Assembly (NCBI GenBank): GCA_902529935.1
Contig: CABZYK010000003.1
Location: 64,787-128,786 of the forward strand
DNA length: 64,000 bases
Origin: an uncultured SAR86 cluster bacterium
GTDB taxonomy: Bacteria; Pseudomonadota; Gammaproteobacteria; Magnimaribacterales; AG-339-G14
Direction: 5' to 3'
In this document: positions 18,517-27,728 of the stretch, piece after piece
Layout of the letters: the number at the start of each line of letters is the position of its first letter
Numbering within the stretch: the stretch's first letter is position 1
The notes under the pieces: generated by a model
The model's input: only the letters and a program-made list of their open reading frames with translations
Told to the model about the DNA's origin: nothing
Databases searched by the model: none
Made by a program: the position numbers and the translations under genes

Positions 18517-19668
18517 TTAAATTTTTGAAGACACGGATTGAATACCTGCCAGAGTATTGGCAAACATCATGAGGTCCAATGGTTCAGGTTGAGATGAAAA
18601 TCTAACAATGACAGAGTTTGTAGCTTTATTGATACATATGAACTGACCATGTATACCAATGCACAGCATGATGTTTTCATCGACAACCCACATTTTGTTT
18701 TTGTAGTGACCGTCCGGCATCATCGGCCCGTGTTCGGATGCTGCGAAACGCTGTTTGTACCCAGAGTCTCCAGCAATAGTATCTGATATCCAAGAAGCAG
18801 GAACGATTTGTTCCCCAGCATGCATACCATCATTAAGAAGCATTAACCCAAACCTGCCTAGATCTCTGGCGCTAGCATTCATGCCCGCACCAAAATAAGG
18901 AAAATCATTAGGATCCAATACAACGTGAGCGTCGTTTTCAGGTTTAAGTTTTTGCCAAATATGTTCGTCCATTAATTCAAAAACACTTTTCTTGGCTGCA
19001 TGTTCCAAAGCCATAGCGGCAACATCGGTTAAGACGGTTCTGTAGTGATATTTTTCTCCATCAACTTGTTCAGTATCTTTTAAGGATTGAGCAAACTCTT
19101 TTAAGTTATTTGCTTTAAGATTTTCTTTTAGGTCAGGACGCCAGCCAACCATTGCAGTTTCATGCCAAAAGTCTGCATCGGTTTGAGCATAATCTTCACC
19201 AAATTTGACTGCTCCCGCCATATCCAGAGCATTTTGCAGAGTTGTTTCAGCGAAGGCGCTGTCTTTCAATTCAGGTATTAAGTTTGATATCTTATCTTCT
19301 GGATCAATGATTCCTTTTCCAGCTAAAACTCCAGCTAACATCCCCAAGAAAGACTTTGAAATTGAATTCATCAGATGAGGGCTCTGAGCAGACATCTCGT
19401 TAAAGTATTGTTCGTAGATGATTTCCTCATTTTTAATGACTAAAAAAGCATCTGCATGCGTTTCACTTAATGAATCTTTTATTGATATTGATTTACCTTC
19501 CAACGTATCGAATTCAAAATTTTCAATGTCTTGATTTAATTTCATATCAAACGACGATGGATCGTTAGATTTTGAAAGTGTTTTTGTTGAGAACAGATCT
19601 TTCATGTTCTGAAAGCTCCAAACTTGGTTTGGATGTTGATTCCAATTATTTTGATTTATTTCACTCAT
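18517..19668 (-). CDS. Serine hydrolase, beta-lactamase / transpeptidase-like family
   Basis: S-x-x-K motif (SISKSF) sits at the expected position. Length is ~380 aa. Confidence 0.65.
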   Translation of the reverse strand: MSEINQNNWNQHPNQVWSFQNMKDLFSTKTLSKSNDPSSFDMKLNQDIENFEFDTLEGKSISIKDSLSETHADAFLVIKNEEIIYEQYFNEMSAQSPHLMNSISKSFLGMLAGVLAGKGIIDPEDKISNLIPELKDSAFAETTLQNALDMAGAVKFGEDYAQTDADFWHETAMVGWRPDLKENLKANNLKEFAQSLKDTEQVDGEKYHYRTVLTDVAAMALEHAAKKSVFELMDEHIWQKLKPENDAHVVLDPNDFPYFGAGMNASARDLGRFGLMLLNDGMHAGEQIVPASWISDTIAGDSGYKQRFAASEHGPMMPDGHYKNKMWVVDENIMLCIGIHGQFICINKATNSVIVRFSSQPEPLDLMMFANTLAGIQSVSSKI

Positions 19669-19729
19669 CAGACTTATAAACTTAAAGTTAAAACATTAAC
19701 ATAACTAATAAATTAATAAGGAGATTACC

Positions 19730-20029
19730 ATGAGTAAATTTGCAAATTGTGTTCGCTTTGTCGTTAAAGAAGACTGCGTTGAAGATTTTATTGCAGGCTT
19801 TACAGATTCAAACTTTCAGCCGGCTGGAATGTTAGTGAGCGAAATGTTTCAAAGCGGCGATAGGGAATTTGTTTCGTTTGGAGTGTTTGAGAGTGAAGAT
19901 GCCCTTGCAGCAGCTAGACCCGAAATGATAGCTTTCTTGGACACTATCAGAGACTACCTTGAAGAAATTTCTCCTGAGCTGGGTGTAACCGATCCTCGAT
20001 CAGGCAATGTTCTTTGGAGTATGAACTAA
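19730..20029 (+). CDS. Small hypothetical protein (possibly ABM / ferredoxin-like fold)
   Basis: AGGAGA lies upstream of the ATG. The 99-aa ORF has a coding-like composition. The fold assignment is a guess. Confidence 0.5.
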   Translation: MSKFANCVRFVVKEDCVEDFIAGFTDSNFQPAGMLVSEMFQSGDREFVSFGVFESEDALAAARPEMIAFLDTIRDYLEEISPELGVTDPRSGNVLWSMN

Positions 20030-20032
20030 AAA

Positions 20033-20293
20033 CTATCTTTTAATAACTTTTAAGACTTCTTCAACTTTATCGTCAAAATTGTGTTTGTCGTTGAGTGTTT
20101 CTTTTACGCACTCTTTAAGATGAGTTTTGACGATTTTCCCCTCTACGCTAGTTAGCGAGTTCCTAACCGCTTTAATTTGGTTAAGAATATCAATGCAGTA
20201 TTTTTCGTCTTCAATCATCTTCGCAATACCGCGAATTTGACCTTCGATTCTTCTGATACTGATAAGTTGTTCTTTATGGCACGGATGACTCAT
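20033..20293 (-). CDS. Metal-sensing transcriptional repressor, CsoR/RcnR/FrmR family (C-H-C fingerprint as in Cu(I)-sensing CsoR)
   Basis: RRIEGQIRGI, YCIDILNQI (Cys) and THLKEC (His-x3-Cys) are the family helices and ligand positions. Confidence 0.8.
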   Translation of the reverse strand: MSHPCHKEQLISIRRIEGQIRGIAKMIEDEKYCIDILNQIKAVRNSLTSVEGKIVKTHLKECVKETLNDKHNFDDKVEEVLKVIKR

Positions 20294-20295
20294 GA

Positions 20296-20661
20296 TTATA
20301 AATACCTCGGAATAATATAAGTAAATGAAGTTGCAAAAATAAAAATCGCAACAGAAAAATAATAAATGTATCTAGACCTTCGTCGGGTTTGCAAACAAGC
20401 TCTCCCTAATTCTGGATCAGCAGGGCAGGGTAAATAGTACGTTCGATAATTTACGTATCCTGCTAAAACGATCATGCAAAGGGCGAATAGTGTAATTTGA
20501 AGTTTGTACTGCGATAGAACAATAAGAAAAGGAAACACAGTAATTAAACTGGCAAAGGTTGCGCCAGCACCTAGGGCGACAAATAAGGCTGGAAGAGCAC
20601 AACAAACTAACGTTGATGAAGAAGCAAACAAAGAAAAGAAATTAGCCGATTTATCGAACAT
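20296..20661 (-). CDS. Membrane protein with a Cys-Cys pair in TM1 and a CP motif (MerT/MerC-like metal transport candidate)
   Basis: STLVCCALPALFVALGAG sits in the first helix, and LPCPADP..C in a loop. A 2-nt gap separates it from the CsoR-like gene. Confidence 0.5.
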   Translation of the reverse strand: MFDKSANFFSLFASSSTLVCCALPALFVALGAGATFASLITVFPFLIVLSQYKLQITLFALCMIVLAGYVNYRTYYLPCPADPELGRACLQTRRRSRYIYYFSVAIFIFATSFTYIIPRYL

Positions 20662-20663
20662 GA

Positions 20664-21071
20664 TTAGAGTTTCAGCACTTGAAGTTTAGTTGCGTTTTGT
20701 CCATTCGAAACAATCATCTTTTTGATTTTTTCAAAATCAATTTTTGTGTTCATTTGGTATGCAATAAAAACCTTACCTTTATTCAAATCAACATCAATCT
20801 TGGCCACGGTTTTATCTTTTTTGAAAGTTTTTTCGATTCCTTGCGCGCAAAAGTCACAAACCATTCCTTTGACGCTGACCACTGCAATTTGTTTATCTTT
20901 CAAACCTTCAACAAATTTATCAAAACGTTCGACATCAACCTCTAACTTTTCGCCATCAACCATTTGCTCATGCAGATGACCTTCATGAGAATGATGATCG
21001 TGATGATCGTAATTATCTTGTGCACTAACAAATGTAGATACAAGAAACACGATAATAAAAAATATTTTCAT
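20664..21071 (-). CDS. Exported heavy-metal-associated (HMA) domain protein with a His-rich N-terminus
   Basis: The ATG at 21071 has GGAG upstream and a signal peptide (MKIFFIIVFLVSTFVSA). His-rich DHHDHHSHEGHLH is followed by the HMA motif GMVCDFCAQGIE. Confidence 0.75.
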   Translation of the reverse strand: MKIFFIIVFLVSTFVSAQDNYDHHDHHSHEGHLHEQMVDGEKLEVDVERFDKFVEGLKDKQIAVVSVKGMVCDFCAQGIEKTFKKDKTVAKIDVDLNKGKVFIAYQMNTKIDFEKIKKMIVSNGQNATKLQVLKL

Positions 21072-21081
21072 AAACATCTCC

Positions 21082-21684
21082 TTAAAACCTATACATAATA
21101 TGGGCATCCCATTCTGTTTGATCGTTGTAACCAAACTCGATGAGAAAGTTACCTTTAAAAAATTTTAAAACTGGAAAAGTTGACCAATCTCCAACCAGAG
21201 TATTTTTTTTTGTTTTTATCATAATCCAAGTGTGAAAATCCCCGTAAGCACCCAAATAGGGAGCAACTCCAACTTGCAAAAATTGATCAGTGTAATTTTT
21301 AAGTGAATTTTTTACATCCCGATAATTAAAGCCAATAAACCATCTTCGAGTCTCCCAGTCTCCGTGCAATCCATAAAAATGCCCATCCAAGCCATCCGAG
21401 CTAAGACCAGACTGGAAATAGAGATTCCCTTGAGAATTCTCAGTATTACGTCTATTTAGTAAATAGGTAAATCTGAAGTAACTGTATTGTTGATTAAAAA
21501 ACTTATCTTCAACGCTTTCAATGCCAACCGAATATCGATAAGTAGGCGAGAAATGATAATAGAGAGAGTTATACATGTTTCCGGAAAAAGCCATCAGGGT
21601 GGAACCTCCTGAATACGAAATAGGCCTCGCCTCACTGATCAAAGTGAAAAAAAACATTGTAAATACAAGTAGCTTAATACCCAT
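21082..21684 (-). CDS. Secreted protein, probable small outer-membrane beta-barrel
   Basis: Signal peptide, alternating aromatic/polar strands and a C-terminal ...HIMYRF (terminal Phe) typical of OMPs. First gene of the CsoR operon. Confidence 0.5.
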   Translation of the reverse strand: MGIKLLVFTMFFFTLISEARPISYSGGSTLMAFSGNMYNSLYYHFSPTYRYSVGIESVEDKFFNQQYSYFRFTYLLNRRNTENSQGNLYFQSGLSSDGLDGHFYGLHGDWETRRWFIGFNYRDVKNSLKNYTDQFLQVGVAPYLGAYGDFHTWIMIKTKKNTLVGDWSTFPVLKFFKGNFLIEFGYNDQTEWDAHIMYRF

Positions 21685-21722
21685 GGCGGGTATGGTATAT
21701 GATCCAAAGCTAAAAAAAAAGG

Positions 21723-22064
21723 TTAATTAATCTTTGCTTCGAGAGTTTCTTTGAGTTGAGACAAATTATCGATGTGTTCAAAATCTCTTCTTGAGATCAG
21801 CTCTTTAAAGGAATTTTCTTTTTCCAATAATATTGTAGGATAAGTCAGGTTCAGCTTTTTTATCGACTCGGGTAATTCGTTTATATGCAAAACTTGATAA
21901 GGACGATCTAATTCTCCAAGGAAACCATCCCAAGACTTTTTTTGAAAGATTAAAGTATGACTAAGATCGCACAGTTTACACTTGTCACGGCCGGATATTT
22001 TTTTAAGAAAGTAACTGATCTCCCCAAAAAAAGATCCATCGGCATTGTAGATAAAATAGATCAA
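21723..22064 (-). CDS. Hypothetical protein (113 aa)
   Basis: Clean ORF with a 4-nt overlap with the upstream gene. No motif recognised beyond CKLC. Confidence 0.5.
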   Translation of the reverse strand: MIYFIYNADGSFFGEISYFLKKISGRDKCKLCDLSHTLIFQKKSWDGFLGELDRPYQVLHINELPESIKKLNLTYPTILLEKENSFKELISRRDFEHIDNLSQLKETLEAKIN

Positions 22065-22546
22065 TCGACGGGCTTTAGTTCATTTTTAAACAATCGAGTC
22101 GCTACCAATAAATCGCTATTGTACTCACGAACAGAATGGATCAAGCCATCCTTCATTTTGAATATCCAAACGTATTTATTATCGTATTCTCCGTTGATAC
22201 CTTCTGCATCACCGACTTGAATTAAAGCTACCCCATCATTATCTGAAATAGCATCAATTGTGGTCAGAACGATTCCGTTCGGTAAAAGCTCTCCAACGAC
22301 CGGCCAATAATTATCAAAAAAACTTTCTTTTCCATGAATTTCACTACCTGGGTAAACGATTCCCATCCACATGAAGGTAAAATCCTCATGCATTAGTTCT
22401 GATGCTGCATCAAGATCGCCAGAAATCAACAAATGATCCATCCAGGACTGAGCTAACTCTTCATTTTTCTCACCGTTAATTTGAACATCAACTTCCATAT
22501 TGCATGCCACAAGCAAAAACATTGATAAAACTAAAATTATTCTCAT
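22061..22546 (-). CDS. Lipoprotein, SnoaL / NTF2-like fold (tentative)
   Basis: The ATG at 22546 has GGAG upstream. Lipobox LLVAC. The size and pattern of the remainder suggest an NTF2-like fold. Confidence 0.45.
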   Translation of the reverse strand: MRIILVLSMFLLVACNMEVDVQINGEKNEELAQSWMDHLLISGDLDAASELMHEDFTFMWMGIVYPGSEIHGKESFFDNYWPVVGELLPNGIVLTTIDAISDNDGVALIQVGDAEGINGEYDNKYVWIFKMKDGLIHSVREYNSDLLVATRLFKNELKPVD

Positions 22547-22613
22547 AAATTCTCCATAATTGCTTTTAATATTGTAGATAAAAAAATCCACTTTAAAATC
22601 ATATCATTGGTCT

Positions 22614-23387
22614 ATGAGAAGAATAATTTTAAGTAGAAAAGGCTTTGATTCGTCTTCTGGTGGGGTGGCTTCTCCCATTTTTGCAGATGGAAGCTTATGT
22701 TCTCTGCCGATTCCTTTCTCAGGACCGGCACCGGATAAGTTTAAAAACGTCAGTGTGAACGGTATTCGATGTATCGATGCCCTCAAAGAATCCAAGGCAA
22801 AAAGTAAACCAAGCGACAATTGCCATTACGATCCAAATCTCGAAACAGGACTTTTTGGACAGGCTAGCAGTTCACAATCCGAGTTACGTAACAATCAAGT
22901 TGGACCGGGCGATCTTTTTTTATTTTTTGGATGGTTTAAAAATTATTCGGAAGGTGGAAGAGACTTGCATCACATTTTTGGCTGGCTTCAAATAGATAAA
23001 ATAATCGATGGTAATGAAGCGATTCAACAGTACTTTAAAAATAAAAAAAAGATGCATCCGCATGCTTTTTATAGATTTAGCAATAATTGCCTTTACGTTG
23101 GATCAAAAAATTTAATTTTAGGAAATAAAAAAACTCCTCATAAAGGTTTTGGGCATTTCAAAAAAACACATAATGATTTAGTGCTAACAAAAGATCAGGC
23201 AACCCGTTCTGTTTGGCAATTACCAAAAAAATACTTTGCAAATTCAGATCCTTTTTTAAACAGACTCAAGTGGATAGATAAGAATGAATGCATTACGCAT
23301 TGCAAAGGTCGTGGCCAAGAATACATAATGGATGTGACGAACCACCCAAAATTAATCAGGTGGTTGCATCACATTTTCCAGGGTTAG
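22614..23387 (+). CDS. Hypothetical protein; the N-terminus resembles the 'nucleotide modification associated domain 3' (Nmad3) family, from memory
   Basis: MRRIILSRKGFDSSSGGVASPIF.DGSLCSLPIP is very like the N-terminus I recall for Nmad3-type proteins. Unverified without an HMM search. Confidence 0.4.
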   Translation: MRRIILSRKGFDSSSGGVASPIFADGSLCSLPIPFSGPAPDKFKNVSVNGIRCIDALKESKAKSKPSDNCHYDPNLETGLFGQASSSQSELRNNQVGPGDLFLFFGWFKNYSEGGRDLHHIFGWLQIDKIIDGNEAIQQYFKNKKKMHPHAFYRFSNNCLYVGSKNLILGNKKTPHKGFGHFKKTHNDLVLTKDQATRSVWQLPKKYFANSDPFLNRLKWIDKNECITHCKGRGQEYIMDVTNHPKLIRWLHHIFQG

Positions 23388-23417
23388 TGATTGAAATCTT
23401 ATGATTTGATATTTTTG

Positions 23418-24053
23418 TCAAACATACATTTTGAACTGATCTTCATCAAAAATCGGATCTAGAGACAACATTAATCTGTTTTCATATATGTTTGGAGATC
23501 GGTGAACAACTCCATTGAACTGACTTTGCCAAGTTCCGCCTTTTAACAACGACCATTCCCCCGCTTTAAATTGCTTTACTTTCTTTTTTTCTTTTAATGG
23601 GGCATCAAGATTTGTTCTGTCGTCAAAAAGTTTCCAATCAACATCTTTATTTGCGATCCATTCGGTCCCTCCACCAGAAAGTGTAATTAGCAATCTGCAT
23701 GGAATTTGATCAACATGAAACCTAGGACACATGGGTTTATTGAGGGTTAAGAGCCTAACCCCAACGTATTTGCAATCTAAAGTTTCATGCAGCATGCCAC
23801 AGCTCTCTTTTATTTGGTCAGCAAGCATTTTTTTTGCCTCAGAATCAATTGATGTTGATAGCAGTTCATCTACCACTCTCAAATCATTTAGAGATTGAAT
23901 CCATTGAAGTTCGAGGTCTTCCCTTGTGTTGAGAATTTTTTTTCCCAAAGTATCTAAATAACTTGATTGAGGATGAGCCATGCACACTAGTTCGACATCT
24001 TTTGAATAAATATCTGCAAAACTTTCTAACTTGTTGCTAAAAATTGATCTCAT
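23418..24053 (-). CDS. DUF1826-like protein (commonly adjacent to COG0523 GTPases)
   Basis: Position immediately downstream of the COG0523 gene, and size. The family call is from memory of this conserved pairing. Confidence 0.45.
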   Translation of the reverse strand: MRSIFSNKLESFADIYSKDVELVCMAHPQSSYLDTLGKKILNTREDLELQWIQSLNDLRVVDELLSTSIDSEAKKMLADQIKESCGMLHETLDCKYVGVRLLTLNKPMCPRFHVDQIPCRLLITLSGGGTEWIANKDVDWKLFDDRTNLDAPLKEKKKVKQFKAGEWSLLKGGTWQSQFNGVVHRSPNIYENRLMLSLDPIFDEDQFKMYV

Positions 24054-24071
24054 GATATTTTTATCCCCAAT

Positions 24072-25277
24072 TTACTTCCACGCTGGAAAAGGATCATTGA
24101 AACTAGACCAGTACTCTCTTCCTTTAAGAACATCTTCCTCACTTAATAGACAGGCATCCAAAGCAGCAATCATTTCTTCTTTTTGAAGTCTTTGACCGAT
24201 AAAGACTAACTCTTGACGCATATCTCCAAACGGCTCAACCCATTGTTTCTTAATAGACTCAAGATATTCTTCATCTTGTGGCCAATCTTTTTCTGGCACT
24301 GCTTTCCAAAACATCCCCGCAAAACCGTAACGAGCAATTCCCCCAGCTTGACTCCATTGTCCGGCAAATTCTGGACGAGTGGCCAACCAGAAATATCCTT
24401 TTGAACGAATTAATTTTCCATACCTTTCTGTTCCATGAAGAAAATTATGAAATTTTTCAGGATGGAAAGGCCTGCGTGCTTCATAACAAAAGCTCGAAAT
24501 TCCGTACTCTTCTGTTTCAGGTACATGTTCACCTCTCATTTCTTTAAGCCAACCAGGAGATTGTTGCGCACGCATAAAATCAAAAGAATTCGTATTTAGA
24601 ACCTCATCGATATCGACATTTCCGTTTTCAATTGGAATGATTTTTGCATCTGTATTGAGTGTTTTTATGATTGCCGTTAAACGCTCTACCTCTTTTGTTG
24701 TGACAAGATCAATTTTGCTGATAAGAATAATATCTGCAAACTCAACTTGATCAACCAGCAAATCAGCCACGCTTCGCTCATCATCTTCACCCATTGACTC
24801 GCCTGCTTCCTGAAGGCTTTTGGCTTGATCGTAATCTTTAACAAAATTTACAGCATCTACAACCGTTACCATCGTATCTAATTTGGCAACATCGGATAAT
24901 GAAATCCCATCTTCATCTGCAAAAGTAAAAGTTTCAGCTACAGGTAAGGGCTCTGAAATACCTGTTGACTCAATAACTAAATAGTCGAATCTCTTTTCCT
25001 GGGCTAGTTTTGTTACTTCTTCTAATAAATCTTCTCGGAGAGTGCAACAAATGCATCCATTACTCATTTCAACGAGTTTCTCCTCGCTGCGATTTAGAGA
25101 AACTTCGTTTTGAACAATTGCAGAATCAATATTTATTTCGCTCATATCGTTAACGATAACGGCAACTTTTTTATTTTCTCTATTATTTAAAATATTACTT
25201 AGTACGGTTGTTTTTCCCGCACCAAGAAACCCTGATAAAACCGTTACAGGGAGTTTTGAATTTAAAACATTTTCCAT
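24072..25277 (-). CDS. COG0523 / CobW-family GTPase metallochaperone (ZigA/YeiR-like, zinc-homeostasis type)
   Basis: Walker [10 protein letters not shown], metal-binding CICCTLR, and a CobW C-terminal domain. Confidence 0.85.
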   Translation of the reverse strand: MENVLNSKLPVTVLSGFLGAGKTTVLSNILNNRENKKVAVIVNDMSEINIDSAIVQNEVSLNRSEEKLVEMSNGCICCTLREDLLEEVTKLAQEKRFDYLVIESTGISEPLPVAETFTFADEDGISLSDVAKLDTMVTVVDAVNFVKDYDQAKSLQEAGESMGEDDERSVADLLVDQVEFADIILISKIDLVTTKEVERLTAIIKTLNTDAKIIPIENGNVDIDEVLNTNSFDFMRAQQSPGWLKEMRGEHVPETEEYGISSFCYEARRPFHPEKFHNFLHGTERYGKLIRSKGYFWLATRPEFAGQWSQAGGIARYGFAGMFWKAVPEKDWPQDEEYLESIKKQWVEPFGDMRQELVFIGQRLQKEEMIAALDACLLSEEDVLKGREYWSSFNDPFPAWK

Positions 25278-25319
25278 CTTTCACACCTACCAAAGTGATT
25301 AGAATTAACTTTTATGACG

Positions 25320-25345
25320 TATCGCCCAAAATTAATTGGGCGATA
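25320..25345 (-). other. 10-bp perfect stem-loop (TATCGCCCAA-N6-TTGGGCGATA) between the receptor and the COG0523 gene
   Basis: Read directly. No clear U-run follows on the transcribed (minus) strand, so it may be an intercistronic attenuator or an RNA-processing/stability element. Confidence 0.5.
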
Positions 25346-25356
25346 GCATCACATTT

Positions 25357-27687
25357 TTAGAAGCGTAAGCTGAAGCGCAAACCTACGTTTCTGCCAGGTA
25401 GGGGGACCTGATCTTTCACAAACGAATTATGATTCCTAGCTGCTTCATCCAGCAGGTTTGAAGCAAAGAACGATAATTTCAAATCAACATTTGGATCTAA
25501 AGGCACCGTACCTGAGATAGTAAAGTCCACCATTTGATATCCCTCTGTTGCTGTTTCATTTAAAGCAAGTTTTGTTTGCTCTTCGACGTCTTTAAGAGAC
25601 AAAGTAGTTTTCAAGTCATCATTACTGTAAGAAACATCAAAGAAATTTCTAGCAGGCGTCATTCTAGGAATGTAACCGCCTGATGCAAATTTACCCTCCA
25701 CTGAATCTCTACCGAAGGAAACTTCAACTTCACCATTGTCCACATAAATAACGGTACCGAACTGAAGTTCATAACCAGTAAATTCAGCGTCCTTCTGTAA
25801 GTAATCAGACTTTATTAATCCGCCGTGATCATCGTGACCTTCTTCTTCATGATCATCCTCCGTCTCATCTTGTAGGTAGATGTAATCAGTGATGTTGTTC
25901 GCATACACCGAGACGTTTCCAAACCAGTTGTCAATGTCAAATTCTAGAGTTAGATCAATGTTATTTGATCTCTCAGCATTAAGGTTGACGTTACCGGTTT
26001 CAAGCCTGCCGGTAGCTAAATGCGGACCGTTCATGAAAAGTTCTAATGCTGAAGGCGCTCTTTCTACAGAAGCTGCACCAATAAGAAACTTAACGTTTTC
26101 ATCAATATCGTACGTGTAAGTTAATGCAAGACTCGCACTAGACATATCAACATTGTAGAAAGTCTGTTCTCCGTGCTCTTCTTCATGTTCATCGTGATGT
26201 TCTTCTTCTTCGTGCTCATCGTGGTCTTCTTCACCTTCGTGCTCATCATGCTCTTCTGTTTCAGTAATGGATCCATTTCTGCTCACAGAGTCGTAACGAA
26301 CACCAAAATCAAGGTGATGATCGGAAAAGTCTTTAGACATAAAGTAACCAACCGTATATTCATCCGATTTAGTAGGATTCATGAAAGCTTCATGACCAAC
26401 AATGGCTTGATCTTCTTTGGCAAGATTAAAAGAAATTTTTTGACCTAAGTTTGATGTTGAAAGATCAAGAATCGTTCCTATTTCGTAAGAGTCATTCGAG
26501 AAAGTGGTTGGTCCCTCTTCACCGTGTCCATGCTCATCCTCATGCTCATCGTGATCTTCTTCCCCTTCGTGCTCATCATGATCCTCTTCACCTTCGTGCT
26601 CATCATGACCTTCTTCTTCTGCATGCCCTTCAGTAAGAGAGTAATCAGTTCCTCTTATGAAGTAATTAATCGACTTAACTGCTCCTGTATCAAAGTTATA
26701 AGCCCCTTGAACGTTTACTTCGTTGGAATCAGTCACAGAAAATATTCTTTCACCTTCGTGCTCATCATGGCCTTCCTCTTCGTGCTCATCATGATCCTCT
26801 TCACCTTCGTGCTCATCATGGCCTTCTTCCTCGCCATGACCACCGTGACCTTCACCATGGTAAGGAATACCGTAATGAGTCTCTAAAATATTTGCAGATG
26901 CACCGATGTATCCCCAATCCTCGACAACCGAAAAACCAAATTTATGAGACTCACGCTCGTAATCAGAATTTTCTAAGTATCCAAGCTCTTCATCGTGATG
27001 TTCTTCTTCTTCGTGCTCGTCATGTTCTTCTTCGCCTTCGTGCTCGTCATGTTCTTCTTCAGAATGCATAACTGCTCCATCGGGCACATCGTAATTTTCA
27101 AAATCGGTGTTTTCATAGGAGTAGCTAAAATTGATTCCATTAACAATGTTGGTAATTCCAAAAGCTTCTGCTGTTCCCCTATTTACGGATTGTTTTTCAA
27201 AATCAACGTTGGCGTTTAACCCATCAAAATCTTGTCTCGCTATGGTGTTATCAACAATATTAATGATTCCACCTACACCACCGTTGGCGTATAAAAGTGA
27301 TGAAGGACCACGAACAACCTCAATTTGTTGCACGTTGTTCATATCGATCTCAACAGGGTGATCAACTCCGATACCAGCAACATCTCGATTAACCATTCCG
27401 TTTTTGAGAATTTTAATTCTGGGACCCGACAATCCTCTGATAACAGGTTGCCCAGTGGCAAAGCCATAGTCTGAATTGGCTACTCCAAGCAGGTCATCGA
27501 TAGATTCACCTAGACTTGCTCTTCCTTGATCGTCTAAATCAACTCCAGATAAAACATGAACTGGATCACCTAAGTCACTTAAATTCTGATCTATTAATGA
27601 AGCGGTAACTGTCACCTCTTCTTCATCTTGAGCAAGCAGAAATGGTGCAGTAAATAAAAATAAAAATAAATAAATAAAATGTTTCAC
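25357..27687 (-). CDS. TonB-dependent outer-membrane receptor with five His/Glu/Asp-rich insertions (ZnuD-like zinc receptor candidate)
   Basis: The GTG at 27687 has GGAGG upstream. Signal peptide, plug-domain blocks (VIRGLSGPRIKILKNG, IEVVRGPSSLLYANG) and a C-terminal GRNVGLRFSLRF with terminal Phe. Confidence 0.85.
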   Translation of the reverse strand: MKHFIYLFLFLFTAPFLLAQDEEEVTVTASLIDQNLSDLGDPVHVLSGVDLDDQGRASLGESIDDLLGVANSDYGFATGQPVIRGLSGPRIKILKNGMVNRDVAGIGVDHPVEIDMNNVQQIEVVRGPSSLLYANGGVGGIINIVDNTIARQDFDGLNANVDFEKQSVNRGTAEAFGITNIVNGINFSYSYENTDFENYDVPDGAVMHSEEEHDEHEGEEEHDEHEEEEHHDEELGYLENSDYERESHKFGFSVVEDWGYIGASANILETHYGIPYHGEGHGGHGEEEGHDEHEGEEDHDEHEEEGHDEHEGERIFSVTDSNEVNVQGAYNFDTGAVKSINYFIRGTDYSLTEGHAEEEGHDEHEGEEDHDEHEGEEDHDEHEDEHGHGEEGPTTFSNDSYEIGTILDLSTSNLGQKISFNLAKEDQAIVGHEAFMNPTKSDEYTVGYFMSKDFSDHHLDFGVRYDSVSRNGSITETEEHDEHEGEEDHDEHEEEEHHDEHEEEHGEQTFYNVDMSSASLALTYTYDIDENVKFLIGAASVERAPSALELFMNGPHLATGRLETGNVNLNAERSNNIDLTLEFDIDNWFGNVSVYANNITDYIYLQDETEDDHEEEGHDDHGGLIKSDYLQKDAEFTGYELQFGTVIYVDNGEVEVSFGRDSVEGKFASGGYIPRMTPARNFFDVSYSNDDLKTTLSLKDVEEQTKLALNETATEGYQMVDFTISGTVPLDPNVDLKLSFFASNLLDEAARNHNSFVKDQVPLPGRNVGLRFSLRF
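25819..27066 (-). repeat. Five in-frame intragenic repeat cassettes encoding (H-D-E-H-E-G-E-E-D)n tracts
   Basis: Near-identical DNA units (gtgctcatcatg[ag][tc]cctcttcaccttcgtgctcatcatg...) lie at ~25819-25866, 26161-26262, 26509-26625, 26749-26859 and 26986-27066. Confidence 0.85.
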
Positions 27688-27728
27688 AAAAACCTCCAAA
27701 AAAATTAAAAATTAAAAAAAATTAAAAT

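Noticed and set aside
22604-22819. A 71-aa minus-strand ORF overlapping the start of the Nmad3-like gene.
   Set aside because: It is antisense to a longer ORF with a conserved-looking N-terminus, and it has no SD.
25278-25356. I looked for a Zur box (GAAATGTTATAWTATAACATTTC-like palindrome) upstream of the COG0523 gene, and also at 27688-28059 upstream of the receptor and the His-rich gene.
   Set aside because: I found only AT-rich sequence and unrelated hairpins, with no convincing match by eye. The zinc-regulon assignment therefore rests on gene content only.
25819-27066. Regularly recurring near-identical ~40-90 bp DNA units that could be mistaken for a CRISPR or tandem-repeat array.
   Set aside because: All units are in frame inside the TonB-dependent receptor ORF and encode His/Glu/Asp tracts. 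The spacing is irregular and the intervening sequence encodes beta-barrel segments. The plus-strand ORFs here (for example 26173-26448, 26524-26886, 26995-27219) are antisense artefacts of the repeats.
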